DNA of 64,000 nucleotides from Lactobacillaceae bacterium (GTDB taxonomy: Bacteria > Pseudomonadota > Alphaproteobacteria > RF32 > CAG-239). The notes under the pieces were generated by a model. That model had not been told where the DNA came from, did not search any database, and saw nothing but the letters and a program-made list of their open reading frames with translations. This document shows, in pieces, positions 20,007 through 30,766 of the stretch (within the stretch, counting starts at the first letter, position 1; each line of letters opens with the position of its first letter). The DNA is taken from positions 293,452 through 357,451 of the forward strand of contig JAISVX010000003.1 of NCBI GenBank assembly GCA_031271345.1. Reading direction: 5' to 3'. The position numbers were made by a program, and so were the translations under genes.

Positions 20007-21395
20007 ATGGTTATGCTTGATAAGGTTTTAGTTTTAGATGTTTTGGACGAAGCGTTAAAAACAGGCGGCGATTTTGCCGAAGTTTTTTTTGAAGACAGCG
20101 TAAACAATCTAATAGGAATGGGAAACAACAAGGTCGAAAACTCTGCTTCAAGCATGGTTTACGGAGTTGGAATAAGAGTTATAAAAGACTTTTTTTGTTC
20201 CTATGTATCTACGAACGACGTAACGAGAAACGGTCTCTTAAAAGCCGCTAAAACAGCTGCTCAGGCGGTTAAAGATAAAAAAAGAAACCATGCTGTCAGT
20301 TTTGTAGAGCAGCACATATTCTCTCGCCACCCGATAATTGATAATCCTTTGGATATTCCAAAAATTCAAAAGAGAGAATATTTAGAGGCTGTTTCGCAAA
20401 AAGCTTATGGCTTAAGCGGTAAAATAAAAAGAGTTGAGGCAAGTATCAGCGACAAAGAGCAGAATGTTTTAATCGCCAACTCGGAAGGGCTTTGGATTGA
20501 AGACAAGCGGATATATACCTCTTTCGGTCTTACGGTTATTGTTGATGAAAACGGCGAGCAGTTCGATGATTATATTCGTAAAGCTGGTTTAAGAGGTTTT
20601 GAGCTGATAAAAAATGCCAATATGGATGAAATGGCGGAAAAAGCTGTTCATAATGCGGTTGAGCAGTTAAGTGCGGTCAAATGCCCCGCGGGAAAAATGC
20701 CGGTAGTGGTAGGCAACGAAGGGGGAGTCTTGTTTCATGAAGCCTGCGGTCACTCGTTGGAGGCGACATCCGTTGTAAAAAATGCGTCGGTTTTTGCCGG
20801 CAGATTAGGACAAAAGATAGCTAATGAAAACATTACTTTAGTTGATGACGGCACAATTCCAAATGCCTGGGGATCTCTCAATGTTGATGACGAGGGATTT
20901 CCGACCCAAAAGAATGTGCTGATAAAAGACGGCGTCCTGACAGGATATTTGGTTGATGGATTTAACGGTCGGAAAATGGGAATGAAACCGACTGGAAGCT
21001 CGCGCAGACAGGACTATACCTTTATGCCGACATCAAGGATGAACAACACGTTTATCTTGGCTGGAGAGACGCCGGTTGAAAATATAATTTCATCGACAAA
21101 AGACGGGTTATATATAACTAAATTCGGCGGCGGCTCTGTTCAGCCGCAGACTGGAGACTTTAACTTCTCCGTTTCTAAAGCATATTTGATTGAAAACGGT
21201 AAGGTTACTAAACCTGTTAAAGGAGCAAAGCTGGTCGGAAACAGCGCGGATGTTTTGCAAAATATCGATATGGTCGGGCATGATTTGAACATTGGCGGAA
21301 CCGGTCGCTGCGGCTCCGCTTCTGGATGGGTTCCTGTCTGTCACGGCGTTCCCACTCTTAGGATTAAAGAAATTACGGTTGGAGGGCAGAAGTAA
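20007..21395 (+). CDS. tldD: Metalloprotease TldD
   Basis: 462 aa with 'HEACGHSLE' (HExxxH) and a 'GxC' C-terminal region. It is paired with pmbA. Confidence 0.9.
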   Translation: MVMLDKVLVLDVLDEALKTGGDFAEVFFEDSVNNLIGMGNNKVENSASSMVYGVGIRVIKDFFCSYVSTNDVTRNGLLKAAKTAAQAVKDKKRNHAVSFVEQHIFSRHPIIDNPLDIPKIQKREYLEAVSQKAYGLSGKIKRVEASISDKEQNVLIANSEGLWIEDKRIYTSFGLTVIVDENGEQFDDYIRKAGLRGFELIKNANMDEMAEKAVHNAVEQLSAVKCPAGKMPVVVGNEGGVLFHEACGHSLEATSVVKNASVFAGRLGQKIANENITLVDDGTIPNAWGSLNVDDEGFPTQKNVLIKDGVLTGYLVDGFNGRKMGMKPTGSSRRQDYTFMPTSRMNNTFILAGETPVENIISSTKDGLYITKFGGGSVQPQTGDFNFSVSKAYLIENGKVTKPVKGAKLVGNSADVLQNIDMVGHDLNIGGTGRCGSASGWVPVCHGVPTLRIKEITVGGQK

Positions 21396-22723
21396 TGAAT
21401 ATAGAAAAGTTTATTGATAAAATTGCCGCAAACTGTAAAGACAGAGGCTTGAAAAAGTATCAGATTGTTTATACTGAAAAAGAGCGTGAAACGTTAAGTG
21501 TTTTTGAGCAGAAAGTATTAAAAAATGACAGTTCCAACAACCTAAGTCTTGTCCTCTCGGTACTGGTAAACGGAAAGCTTGGAAAGTTCAGTACTGAAAA
21601 ATTTGATGAATCCGAGATAAACAGCTATGTTAAACAGGCAATAATGAACGCGGAAATCATTGATAATGAAGACGAAGTATTTTTTCATGACGGCAGCGGC
21701 GATTATGTCGAAGTCAAGCCATACAAACCGTTGATGGAAAAACTTAACAAACTTGACAAGGTCGAGTTCTTGAAAGAAATGGAAAGAAAAGCTTACGAAG
21801 CGGACAAAAGAATAAACAAGGTAATTTCTCTTGCTTATGGGTACAATCGTTCAATCACTATAATGAAAAATTCTTTGGGATTAAACCTTCAAAAAGAAAA
21901 TATTACGGCAAACGCTTATGTTTATCTTAGCGCAACGAATGGAACATCTGGCAAAACAGGCAGTGATTTTACCGCATTTGAAAAAGAAGAAGATTTCAAT
22001 GCTGACAAGATTGTAAAAAAAGCCGTTAAAAAGGCCGTGTCAAGACTTGGCGGAGTAAATGTAAAATCAAAAAAGACAAGGGTTGTGTTTAATAATGAAA
22101 CATTTGGATATTTATTGGACAGTATAAGCAGCATTTTTTCAATATATTCAATAGATAAGGGATATTCAAAACTACAAGATAAAGTCGGTAAGAAAGTTGC
22201 CGGCAGGAAACTTACAATATTAGACAATCCGCATCTTAAAGGCGGTCTTGCGACAGTTTCTTTTGACAACGAAGGGTATCCGACAATAAGCAAAGAAGTT
22301 ATAAAAAACGGAATGCTAAAGACTTTTCTTTATAACCTCTCTTTAGCGCATAAATATGGGACAAAATCTACAGGAAACGGCGCGGGCGGTCTACATACAA
22401 GGGTTTTTAATTTCTATGTTGAAAAAGGATATGTAACCAGAAAAGAGCTTTTGAAAATACTCGGCGAAGGCGTGTATATTGACGGACTAAACGGCATACA
22501 TGCAGGAATTGACATAGTTTCTGGAGATTTTTCATTAGGAGCCGAAGGCTTTCTTGTCGAAGGCGGAAAAATTGCCAAACCTCTAAACCAATTTACTATT
22601 TCGGGAAATGTTTACGAATTGCTGAACAATGTGGAAGAAATAGCAAACGATTTGGAATTTAAAGGCAGCAATGTTGGCAGTCCGTCGGTTTTGGTTGACA
22701 ATATAACAATTGCAAGCAATTAA
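21395..22723 (+). CDS. pmbA: Metalloprotease partner PmbA/TldE
   Basis: 442-aa TldD paralogue lacking HExxxH. It is start/stop coupled to tldD (TAATG). Confidence 0.85.
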   Translation: MNIEKFIDKIAANCKDRGLKKYQIVYTEKERETLSVFEQKVLKNDSSNNLSLVLSVLVNGKLGKFSTEKFDESEINSYVKQAIMNAEIIDNEDEVFFHDGSGDYVEVKPYKPLMEKLNKLDKVEFLKEMERKAYEADKRINKVISLAYGYNRSITIMKNSLGLNLQKENITANAYVYLSATNGTSGKTGSDFTAFEKEEDFNADKIVKKAVKKAVSRLGGVNVKSKKTRVVFNNETFGYLLDSISSIFSIYSIDKGYSKLQDKVGKKVAGRKLTILDNPHLKGGLATVSFDNEGYPTISKEVIKNGMLKTFLYNLSLAHKYGTKSTGNGAGGLHTRVFNFYVEKGYVTRKELLKILGEGVYIDGLNGIHAGIDIVSGDFSLGAEGFLVEGGKIAKPLNQFTISGNVYELLNNVEEIANDLEFKGSNVGSPSVLVDNITIASN

Positions 22724-22750
22724 TATAAAAAAACATATTGGGGAAAAATA

Positions 22751-22987
22751 ATGGAAAACTCATTACATATTGTTCTATTGGTCATTGCCGCGGTTGTAGT
22801 TGTTTGGCTGCTTCTAAAATCTATATCAATACTGTTTAAGCTGTTTACCTTAATTGTAATAGGCGGGGTTCTGTACTTTTTGTACGGATATTATCCTGAA
22901 GAAGTTATGATTGCGGGAGCGGCGATAATAGCCTTTCTTGTTCTGATATGGCTTGCTAAGAGATTGTTATTTAAGAAAAAGAAATAA
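22751..22987 (+). CDS. Small two-TM membrane protein
   Basis: 78 aa with two hydrophobic helices and a Lys-rich C-terminus. GGGGA SD upstream. Confidence 0.5.
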   Translation: MENSLHIVLLVIAAVVVVWLLLKSISILFKLFTLIVIGGVLYFLYGYYPEEVMIAGAAIIAFLVLIWLAKRLLFKKKK

Positions 22988-22998
22988 AAAAGGAGAGC

Positions 22999-23517
22999 TT
23001 AAAGCTCTCCTAATTCTTTCAGTGTTTTCATTATATTTTCTTTGTTTCTTGGTTTGATTTTTCGGATAGGTCTTCCCGCATAAACTGTCCAGGGTTCGAA
23101 CTCAAAATTTGATGGAACAAAACTTAAAGCTCCGATTACCACGCCTTCCGGAATATTATTGTTTGGCATAACTACAGAATTTGTGCCAATGCCGGTATAT
23201 TTTCCTAAAACAACATCGCCCTGAATCTCCTTAACGCCTGGTACAGAATGGGTGACAAGCTCATTGCAGTAGTCGTTTGTGCTTAACCAGACGCGGACTC
23301 CGGAAGCCAGGCTGGAATAACTCCCCATCTTAAATTTATAAACGCCGTCGCCGCCTGCAATATAAGTGCCTGGAGCGATTTCGCAGTTGGAGCTGATCTC
23401 GCATGCGGAAGAAATACGGCAGAAATCAGAAATCCTAACATTGTCACCAACCTCGATAAGGTCGGGCTTTTTAATAATTACATATTCGCCAAGAATAAAA
23501 TCTTTTCCATGTTTCAT
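22999..23517 (-). CDS. Hexapeptide-repeat (LbH) acyl/acetyltransferase
   Basis: 172 aa with LbH repeats ('IGTNSVVMPNNNIPEGVVIGALSFV'). Confidence 0.7.
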   Translation of the reverse strand: MKHGKDFILGEYVIIKKPDLIEVGDNVRISDFCRISSACEISSNCEIAPGTYIAGGDGVYKFKMGSYSSLASGVRVWLSTNDYCNELVTHSVPGVKEIQGDVVLGKYTGIGTNSVVMPNNNIPEGVVIGALSFVPSNFEFEPWTVYAGRPIRKIKPRNKENIMKTLKELGEL

Positions 23518-23602
23518 ATAAAATATTCCTTAACATTAATTTGATTGTATGCTAATTATTTTAAGAAAAATAGCAAATCAAAATATATTAAGAGATGTTT
23601 CA

Positions 23603-24811
23603 ATGTTGAACAATGCTAGATATAAAGCCGTTTTGGAGCTTATTACAGAGGTTTTTAAAGATGAAAAACCTGCGGATAATATCATAAACGATTATATGAG
23701 AGAGCGTAGATATATCGGTTCGAAAGACCGAAAATTTATCATTGACAATGTTTGGAATATAATAAGAAACAGAAGAAAACTCGGTTTTGATATAAATTCT
23801 GATAAGCCCAGAGATATTTTGATATGCTATCTTAGAAATGAACCTTTGGAAGACATATTCGACAACGGCAAATATGGGTTGGAATCCCTCACAAAAGAAG
23901 AAGAGCAAAAGCTTAAAGACATTAATGACGATGTATATCCCAAAGATGTTGAGGCTGAAACTCCAAAATGGATATATGACAAAGTCAATGACGACAGGCT
24001 TCTGCGTTCATTGAACAATACGGCTCCCGCAGATTTTAGAATAAATGTAAAAAATCTGGAAGCCGTAATAGATGCGATGAAAGGCGAGGGATTTGAAATC
24101 GGTCCAACTCCTTATTCCCCAATCGGCATACGTTCTGAAAACCGTATAAACTTAATCAACTGCATGACCTATCAGGAAGGACGAATAGAGGTTCAGGACG
24201 AAGCTTCCCAGCTGGTTTCCATATTATGCGAAGCAAAGCCGGAAAGCAAAATAATTGATTATTGCGCAGGCGCGGGAGGAAAAAGCCTGACCTTATCTTT
24301 TCTTTTGGGAAATAAAGGAAAAATACACGCCCATGACATTGACTGGCACCGTTTGGAGCAAATAAAACCCAGAATAGAGAGATTAGGCGTAAAAAACATA
24401 GAAATAACCAGAAATGTTTCCGACAATGATTATGACAGGTTCGTCATTGATGCTCCATGTTCTGGAACAGGAACTTGGAGACGAAGCCCGGACGCTAAAT
24501 ACAGGTTGACTCCGAAAAGAGTTGAAGAGCTGAATAAAATTCAATCGGAAATTCTTGAAACCGCTTATAAACATACAAAATCCGGCGGTAGAATTATCTA
24601 TATAACCTGCTCCATATTAAAAGATGAAAACGAAAATATTGTTTCTAATTTTTTAGATAAGCATGAAGATGTTAACTTGCTGAATATAAAAGATATATGG
24701 AATAGAAATATTGATGCCGGATACCCGTATAACGATGAACTTATGTTAAGATTGTCTCCCGTGTCGACCAATACTGACGGCTTCTTTATTGCGATAATAA
24801 AAAAGAACTAA
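23603..24811 (+). CDS. rsmB: 16S rRNA m5C methyltransferase RsmB/Sun family
   Basis: NusB-like N-terminal domain. Contains 'DYCAGAGGKS', 'DAPCSGTGTWRR' and 'YITCS'. ATG 23603 gives the typical N-terminus; the track start at 23549 lacks an SD. Confidence 0.85.
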   Translation: MLNNARYKAVLELITEVFKDEKPADNIINDYMRERRYIGSKDRKFIIDNVWNIIRNRRKLGFDINSDKPRDILICYLRNEPLEDIFDNGKYGLESLTKEEEQKLKDINDDVYPKDVEAETPKWIYDKVNDDRLLRSLNNTAPADFRINVKNLEAVIDAMKGEGFEIGPTPYSPIGIRSENRINLINCMTYQEGRIEVQDEASQLVSILCEAKPESKIIDYCAGAGGKSLTLSFLLGNKGKIHAHDIDWHRLEQIKPRIERLGVKNIEITRNVSDNDYDRFVIDAPCSGTGTWRRSPDAKYRLTPKRVEELNKIQSEILETAYKHTKSGGRIIYITCSILKDENENIVSNFLDKHEDVNLLNIKDIWNRNIDAGYPYNDELMLRLSPVSTNTDGFFIAIIKKN

Positions 24812-24857
24812 CCAAAATCTTAACTCTTTATAAATAGTGATTATATATATTCGTACT

Positions 24858-26129
24858 ATGAAATATTTAATTGCGACATTGATACTGGTTTTAGGGATTT
24901 CTTTCGCTTCTGATTTAAGAGCAAAAGAGGTTGAAACTGCCGTGCCTGAAGAATATAAAGAGTGGCTGGATGATTTAAAAAAAGAAATGATTAAGCTGGG
25001 AATTTCTAAAGATACCATAAAAAAAGCCTATGCGAAAAACTACTATCATTATAAGCCGGAAGTTATAGAACTTGACCGAAAACAGCCGGAATTTGTCTTG
25101 ACAACAACAGATTATATCAACAGAATTGTCAGCGAAAAAAGAGTTAAAAATGGAAGGGATAATTATCAAAAGCTTTATCCTCTGTTTAAGGATATGGAAG
25201 ACGAATACGGCGTTCCGATAAATGTTTTAATCGCATTTTGGGGCGCGGAAACCAACTATGGCGAAAACTTTGGTCATTTTGAAGTTATTGACGCGCTGAC
25301 AACTTTAAGTCACGATGACAGACGCTCCGCATTTTTCAAAAAAGAATTGTATGAAGCGTTAAAAATCATCGATACTTATGGCATTGAGCCGCAAGATATG
25401 GAAGGTTCATGGGCAGGAGCTATGGGACATTTTCAGTTTATGCCGTCAACATTTAATAACTATGCCGTAGATTATAACGGCGATGGAATTATTGATATTT
25501 GGCACAGCTTTGAAGATGCAATTGCCTCCGCCGCCAACTATTTAGCTAAATTGGGCTGGAAAAAAGGCGAAATTTGGGGAATAGAAGTTTCATTTGGCGA
25601 TAAATTTGAGTTTGAAGATACAGGGCTTGGCAAAACGCTCACTATCAAAGAGTGGAAATCCAAGGATGTCAAAGATGCCGATGGAAAAGAAATCAAACTT
25701 GATGATAAAATCTCAGGTTCAGTTATCATTACCGAAGGCAGAAAAGGCAAGGCATATTTGGTTTTTCAAAATTTTAGAAAAATATACGCGTGGAACCGTT
25801 CGGAAAACTATGCTTTGGCAATTGGAAAGTTATCGGATTATATATCCGGCGGCGCAAAATGGAAAGAAGAAGAAAAAAATCCTGCCGTAGAGTTAAAAAC
25901 GGAAGACATTTTGAAAGTGCAGAAATTTATTAATCAAATCGGCGTTGCCAATATTGAAGAAGACGGCAAGTTCGGCAATAAAACCAAAGAAGGCGTGAAA
26001 GCGCTGCAAAAGAAGGTGATGATGCCCCAAGACGGCTACCCTGATTATCAGTTGTTAAATAAAATAAACAGATATAACCCAGATGTCGGTTTTGTTGTTC
26101 CTATACAGCCAAAAAAAGTACACAAGTAA
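24858..26129 (+). CDS. Lytic murein transglycosylase (MltB/SLT_2 family) with C-terminal peptidoglycan-binding domain
   Basis: Has a signal peptide. Contains 'FWGAETNYG' and 'GAMGHFQFMPSTF', plus a C-terminal PG_binding_1-like 'DGKFGNKTKEGVKALQ'. Confidence 0.85.
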   Translation: MKYLIATLILVLGISFASDLRAKEVETAVPEEYKEWLDDLKKEMIKLGISKDTIKKAYAKNYYHYKPEVIELDRKQPEFVLTTTDYINRIVSEKRVKNGRDNYQKLYPLFKDMEDEYGVPINVLIAFWGAETNYGENFGHFEVIDALTTLSHDDRRSAFFKKELYEALKIIDTYGIEPQDMEGSWAGAMGHFQFMPSTFNNYAVDYNGDGIIDIWHSFEDAIASAANYLAKLGWKKGEIWGIEVSFGDKFEFEDTGLGKTLTIKEWKSKDVKDADGKEIKLDDKISGSVIITEGRKGKAYLVFQNFRKIYAWNRSENYALAIGKLSDYISGGAKWKEEEKNPAVELKTEDILKVQKFINQIGVANIEEDGKFGNKTKEGVKALQKKVMMPQDGYPDYQLLNKINRYNPDVGFVVPIQPKKVHK

Positions 26130-26186
26130 GAACATCTGTCTTTACGAAGCATAAAAAAAAGTTTAGATTATCCCATAAATAAATTT

Positions 26187-27083
26187 ATGAGCTGGCTAAT
26201 GGAAATTTCATTGAAACACATACTGAATCTGGTTGCTTTATTTGCTGTTGTCTCCTGCACTACAAGCTCTGGAGATAATTTTTTCGAATACAGCAGCGGC
26301 AACAAAACAAGAAACTCTCAGATATACACAATAAACAGTACTGGAGGGGTATACAAAGTAGGAAATCCATATCAGATTTTCGGCACTTGGTATTATCCTA
26401 AAGAAGATTATAAATATTCTGAAACCGGCATTTCTTCATGGTATGGCGACGGCGACGGGTTTCATGCAAAGACAACCGCTAACGGCGAAAAATATGACAT
26501 GAACACACTTACGGCGGCCCACAGAACACTGCCTTTGCCATCAATTGTAAAAGTAACTAATCTGGAGAATGGAAGAACCGTTATCTTAAGAGTCAACGAC
26601 AGAGGTCCTTATGCCAAAAACAGAATAATTGATATTTCGAGAAAAGGCGCGGAGATTTTGGGTTTCAAAGCCAAAGGGACAGCAAAAGTAAAAGTTGAAA
26701 TAATGCCGGAAGAAAGCAAAAAACTAAAAGCGGCTATGCTAAACAAGCGCGGCGGAGATGCCTGGGTTAAAGCGAATAAATATCAAACGCCGGCAAAAAG
26801 CGAACCGGCTAAACCGACGGCAAAAACTTCGATAAAAGAAAAATCTGCCGAATATGCTCCTAAATTTGTACAGGCAGGCTCCTTTTCAAGCTATGAATCA
26901 GCAGACAACTTGAAAAAACAACTAAGCAAATTTGGCAAAACTTTTATAACCTCGGCGACGGTTGACGGAAGCAAATATTACAGAGTAAGACTTGGTCCTT
27001 ACAGGTATGACGATGAAGCGGCGCTTGCTCTTGAGAAAATAAAAGATTATGGCATTTATAATGCGAAGATAGTTAGTAATTAA
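26187..27083 (+). CDS. rlpA: Septal ring lytic transglycosylase RlpA (DPBB + SPOR)
   Basis: Lipobox 'VVSC'. The DPBB core is 'SWYGDGDGFHAKTTANGEKYDMNTLTAAHRTLPLPS...V.NL.NGR...LRVNDRGP'. A C-terminal SPOR-like domain ('YRVRLGPY') is present. Confidence 0.88.
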   Translation: MSWLMEISLKHILNLVALFAVVSCTTSSGDNFFEYSSGNKTRNSQIYTINSTGGVYKVGNPYQIFGTWYYPKEDYKYSETGISSWYGDGDGFHAKTTANGEKYDMNTLTAAHRTLPLPSIVKVTNLENGRTVILRVNDRGPYAKNRIIDISRKGAEILGFKAKGTAKVKVEIMPEESKKLKAAMLNKRGGDAWVKANKYQTPAKSEPAKPTAKTSIKEKSAEYAPKFVQAGSFSSYESADNLKKQLSKFGKTFITSATVDGSKYYRVRLGPYRYDDEAALALEKIKDYGIYNAKIVSN

Positions 27084-27101
27084 TGTAAGTAGGATAGAAA
27101 A

Positions 27102-28244
27102 ATGATAATAAAAAGATTTGCGCTTGTTTTATTTTTTGCGGTTGTTGCGGCAGCTTCGGCTAACGCTATGGAAACAAAAGCAAAATATGTAATTTTAGTA
27201 GACGCAGATACTGGAGATTATCTTTATGCGAAGGATCATCAAAAAATGGTTCCTCCAGCTTCCATGAGCAAATTAATGACTATATACATTATTCTTGAAA
27301 AATTAAGAAACGGCGAGCTGTCTTTGGAAGATACGTTTATGGTCAGTGAAAACGCCTGGAGAAAAGGCGGCGCGGCAACCGGCGGCTCTACAATGTTTCT
27401 AAAAATTAATGAGAAAGTGACTGTCGAAGATTTGTTGAGAGGCATAATAATTCAATCGGGAAATGACGCCTGCATAGTTGCTGCAGAAAACATTTCCGGC
27501 AGTGAAGCAACCTTTGCCGGCGATATGACCAAAAAAGCGAAGGAACTTGGCTTGAAAAACAGCAGTTTTGTTAATTCTACAGGACTTCCCGACCCGGACC
27601 AAAAAATGTCCATGGAAGATTTGGCAATACTTTCAAAGACCATAATAAATGAGTTTCCGGAGTTTTATCATTTGTTTTCTGAAAAAACCTTTACCCATAA
27701 CGGTATTAAGCAAGGAAACCGCAATCCTCTTCTTTACAATATGTATGGTGCAGACGGGCTTAAAACGGGTCACACGGAAGAGGCTGGCTTTTGTTTGACG
27801 GCTTCGGTAAAAAGAGACGGAAGACGCCTTATCAGCGCCATGAGCGGAATGTCCAGCATGAAAGAGCGTTCGGAAGAAACAGAAAAACTTATGAGCTGGG
27901 GATTTCGGGAGTTTTCAAACTATAATATCACAAACAAAGGCGATGTCATAAAAGAAATACCAGTGTGGATGGGAGAAGAAGACAGCGTCAAATTAGTTTC
28001 CGCCGAAGATGTTTTCCTGACTATTTCCAAAAGCGGCGCCGGCAAGGTAAAAGTAACGGCTGTTTATGATAAACCTGTGAAGGCACCGATTAAAAAAGGC
28101 GATAAACTTGGAGAATTAAAAATAGAGGTTCCAGAAAGAGATATAATTACAATTTCTTTGACTGCTGATAAAGATATTGCTAAAAAAGGTATATTTAGTA
28201 GAATTATTGCTAATATAAAATACTTAATCTTTGGAGTATACTAG
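27102..28244 (+). CDS. dacC: D-alanyl-D-alanine carboxypeptidase (PBP5/6 class)
   Basis: Carries SxxK 'SMSKLM', SxN 'SGND' and KTG 'KTGHT'. Signal peptide present. Confidence 0.88.
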   Translation: MIIKRFALVLFFAVVAAASANAMETKAKYVILVDADTGDYLYAKDHQKMVPPASMSKLMTIYIILEKLRNGELSLEDTFMVSENAWRKGGAATGGSTMFLKINEKVTVEDLLRGIIIQSGNDACIVAAENISGSEATFAGDMTKKAKELGLKNSSFVNSTGLPDPDQKMSMEDLAILSKTIINEFPEFYHLFSEKTFTHNGIKQGNRNPLLYNMYGADGLKTGHTEEAGFCLTASVKRDGRRLISAMSGMSSMKERSEETEKLMSWGFREFSNYNITNKGDVIKEIPVWMGEEDSVKLVSAEDVFLTISKSGAGKVKVTAVYDKPVKAPIKKGDKLGELKIEVPERDIITISLTADKDIAKKGIFSRIIANIKYLIFGVY

Positions 28245-28907
28245 ATGAAAGGTGTTTTTATTACCTTTGAAGGCGGCGAGGGCAGCGGAAAGTCTTCTCA
28301 GATAAGACTTTTAAGCGAGTATCTCAAGAGAACGGGGTTTGATAATATAACGACAAGAGAGCCGGGCGGAACCGACATTGGTAAAGAACTAAGAAAAATG
28401 CTTCTAATCGGAGATACGGAAAAATTTGACGCAGTGTCAGAAACGCTGCTTTTTTATACAGACAGAAGGCTTCACCTGACAAACAAAATCTGGCCCGCTA
28501 TGGCTAGAGGGAAATGGGTCATAAGCGACAGGTTTGCGGACTCGACTATCGCGTATCAATATTATGGGCATGGAAAGAGAATTAGTATGGAAGATTTAGA
28601 ATCCATGTACAGAATTGTCGCGGGAGATTTTAAGCCAGATTTAACAATCATACTGGATATTGCCCCGGAAGTTGGTTTAAAGCGCTCCTATGCAAAAGCT
28701 GATACAATGGTTGATAAAGAGACAAGATTTGAAAGTATTGGTCTGGAATTTCATAATAATATACGCAACGGTTATCTGCAGATAGCAAAAAACAACCCTG
28801 AAAGGTGCGTTGTTTTAGATGCCGATAAGACAATTGAAGAACTGCATAAAGACATTATAAGAGTGGTTGAAGAAAGATTTGTTGGAAAACAATTAGACTT
28901 GTTTTAA
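28245..28907 (+). CDS. tmk: Thymidylate kinase
   Basis: Contains 'ITFEGGEGSGKSSQ' (P-loop) and 'TREPGGT'. Confidence 0.92.
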   Translation: MKGVFITFEGGEGSGKSSQIRLLSEYLKRTGFDNITTREPGGTDIGKELRKMLLIGDTEKFDAVSETLLFYTDRRLHLTNKIWPAMARGKWVISDRFADSTIAYQYYGHGKRISMEDLESMYRIVAGDFKPDLTIILDIAPEVGLKRSYAKADTMVDKETRFESIGLEFHNNIRNGYLQIAKNNPERCVVLDADKTIEELHKDIIRVVEERFVGKQLDLF

Positions 28908-28919
28908 TTAAGGCAGAAA

Positions 28920-29963
28920 ATGGAAACTGAACAAAAAGGCATACTCCCGAAAGACAACGCTTATCTTGCAGGACACGAGAAAGAGGAAAAATCTCTTTTT
29001 GAAGCCTGGAAAAACAATTCGCTGCACAACTCATGGATAATATCCGGCGTAGAAGGGATAGGAAAAGCCACTTTAGCGTATAAATTTGCCCGTTTCTTAT
29101 TAAGCGGCAATCCGAAAGCCGACAATTTGGACGTCAGCCCGTCAAATCATGTCTTTCACTTAGTATCAAACAATGCCCATCCCGATTTGAAAGTCATCGA
29201 GAGAGACTATACCGACACTGAAAAAAGAAAGATAATCAAAGCGATAAAAAGCGGCGAGCAACTATCGGATGAAGAGCTGGGGGAATTGAAAAAATCGGCA
29301 TTTATCAGAGTTGACGATGTCCGCAACATAAACGAATTTCTAACCAAAAAATCTTCTTTGGACGGCTGGAGAGCGGTTATTGTTGACAGCGTTGATGAGC
29401 TGAATAACGCGGGCGCGAACGCTATCTTAAAAGTTTTGGAGGAACCTCCTTATAAAACTATTATGCTTTTAATCAGCCATAACCCCAACAAGCTGCTGCC
29501 GACCATATTGTCCCGTTGCGCAAAACTAAACCTCAAGCCTCTGGATGACAATATTGTAGCAAGCCTGCTTCGCCGTTACAGATCGGAACTAAGCGAAAAA
29601 AATATCAAATCTCTTGTGGAAATAAGTGCGGGAAGCATTGGCAAAGCAATAAAATATGCAGATACCAACGCTGTCGGACTTTATGACGAATTATCAAAAA
29701 TAATCTACGGCAAAAACAATTTTTCAACCGCGGCGCTTATTGATTTTGCAGGAAAAAGCGCAAAAGATGAAGATAGTTACTTCATTGCAAAAGAAATGAT
29801 ATTAAAATTTGTTTCCAACAATATGAAAAATACCGAAAATGTAAAAGAACTTGCCGAAGCTTGGGATTATGCCATAAAAGTTTTTGATGAAGTAGACCGC
29901 ATAAATCTTGATAAAAAACAAATACTTGTTAATATACTTGTAAATATTATAAATGCCATATAG
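28920..29963 (+). CDS. holB: DNA polymerase III delta' subunit
   Basis: AAA+-like, with 'GVEGIGKATLA' and 'NAILKVLEEPP' followed by 'SRC'. It follows tmk, as is usual. Confidence 0.85.
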   Translation: METEQKGILPKDNAYLAGHEKEEKSLFEAWKNNSLHNSWIISGVEGIGKATLAYKFARFLLSGNPKADNLDVSPSNHVFHLVSNNAHPDLKVIERDYTDTEKRKIIKAIKSGEQLSDEELGELKKSAFIRVDDVRNINEFLTKKSSLDGWRAVIVDSVDELNNAGANAILKVLEEPPYKTIMLLISHNPNKLLPTILSRCAKLNLKPLDDNIVASLLRRYRSELSEKNIKSLVEISAGSIGKAIKYADTNAVGLYDELSKIIYGKNNFSTAALIDFAGKSAKDEDSYFIAKEMILKFVSNNMKNTENVKELAEAWDYAIKVFDEVDRINLDKKQILVNILVNIINAI

Positions 29964-29971
29964 AGGAAGAT

Positions 29972-30766
29972 ATGTTAGTTGACAGCCATTGCCATTTAGG
30001 TTCGGATGATTTCGAAGAAGAATTGGATGAGATAATTCTAAGAGCAAAAGAAGAGGGGGTAAGCACCATTCTTAATGCTGGAAATGATATAGGAAATTTG
30101 GAAAATCAGTTGAAAATCTGCGAAAAATATCCTTTTATATTCACCGCTGCCGGAGTTCATCCGCACAATGCGGCAGAGTATGAAAACATCACATCTAAAG
30201 ACATAATATCTAAAACAGAACACAAAAAAGTAGTTGCAATCGGCGAATGCGGTCTTGATTATTACTATGATTATTCGCCAAAAGAAACGCAGATAAAAGT
30301 TTTTCTTGAGCATATTAAAGCCGCGCAGGAAACGGGTCTTCCGCTGATTATTCATAACCGTGATTCCGACGAAGATATGATGAAGATATTAAAAGAACAA
30401 TATGCCGTCAAGCCTTTTACCGGCGAACTGCACTGCTTTTCATCATCAAAAGAACTGGCGGATTTCGCTTTGTCGATAGGGCTTTATTTATCCGCTTCAG
30501 GCATGATAACCTTCAATAAATGCGGTGAACTAAAAGAGATGTTTTCACAGTTTCCATTTGATAAAATCATAGTTGAAACAGACTCTCCATATCTGGCTCC
30601 AGTTCCTAAAAGAGGCAAAAGAAACGAGCCTTCGTATGTTAAGTTTGTGGCGGAAAAGCTTGCCCAGATAAGAGATATAAGTTTTGAAGAAGCTGCCAAT
30701 ACAACAACCGACAACTTCTTTAAGCTATTTAGGAAAGCAAGCGATAAGGGGAGATATGATTTCTAA
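29972..30766 (+). CDS. tatD: TatD-family metal-dependent hydrolase/DNase
   Basis: Contains 'VDSHCHL', 'IGECGLDYYY', 'IIHNRDS', 'HCFS' and 'ETDSPYLAP'. Confidence 0.9.
   Translation: MLVDSHCHLGSDDFEEELDEIILRAKEEGVSTILNAGNDIGNLENQLKICEKYPFIFTAAGVHPHNAAEYENITSKDIISKTEHKKVVAIGECGLDYYYDYSPKETQIKVFLEHIKAAQETGLPLIIHNRDSDEDMMKILKEQYAVKPFTGELHCFSSSKELADFALSIGLYLSASGMITFNKCGELKEMFSQFPFDKIIVETDSPYLAPVPKRGKRNEPSYVKFVAEKLAQIRDISFEEAANTTTDNFFKLFRKASDKGRYDF

Noticed and set aside
23093-23100. A tRNA T-loop-like GGTTCGAA string.
   Set aside because: It lies inside the LbH acyltransferase CDS. The flanking bases cannot form a T-stem or an acceptor stem.
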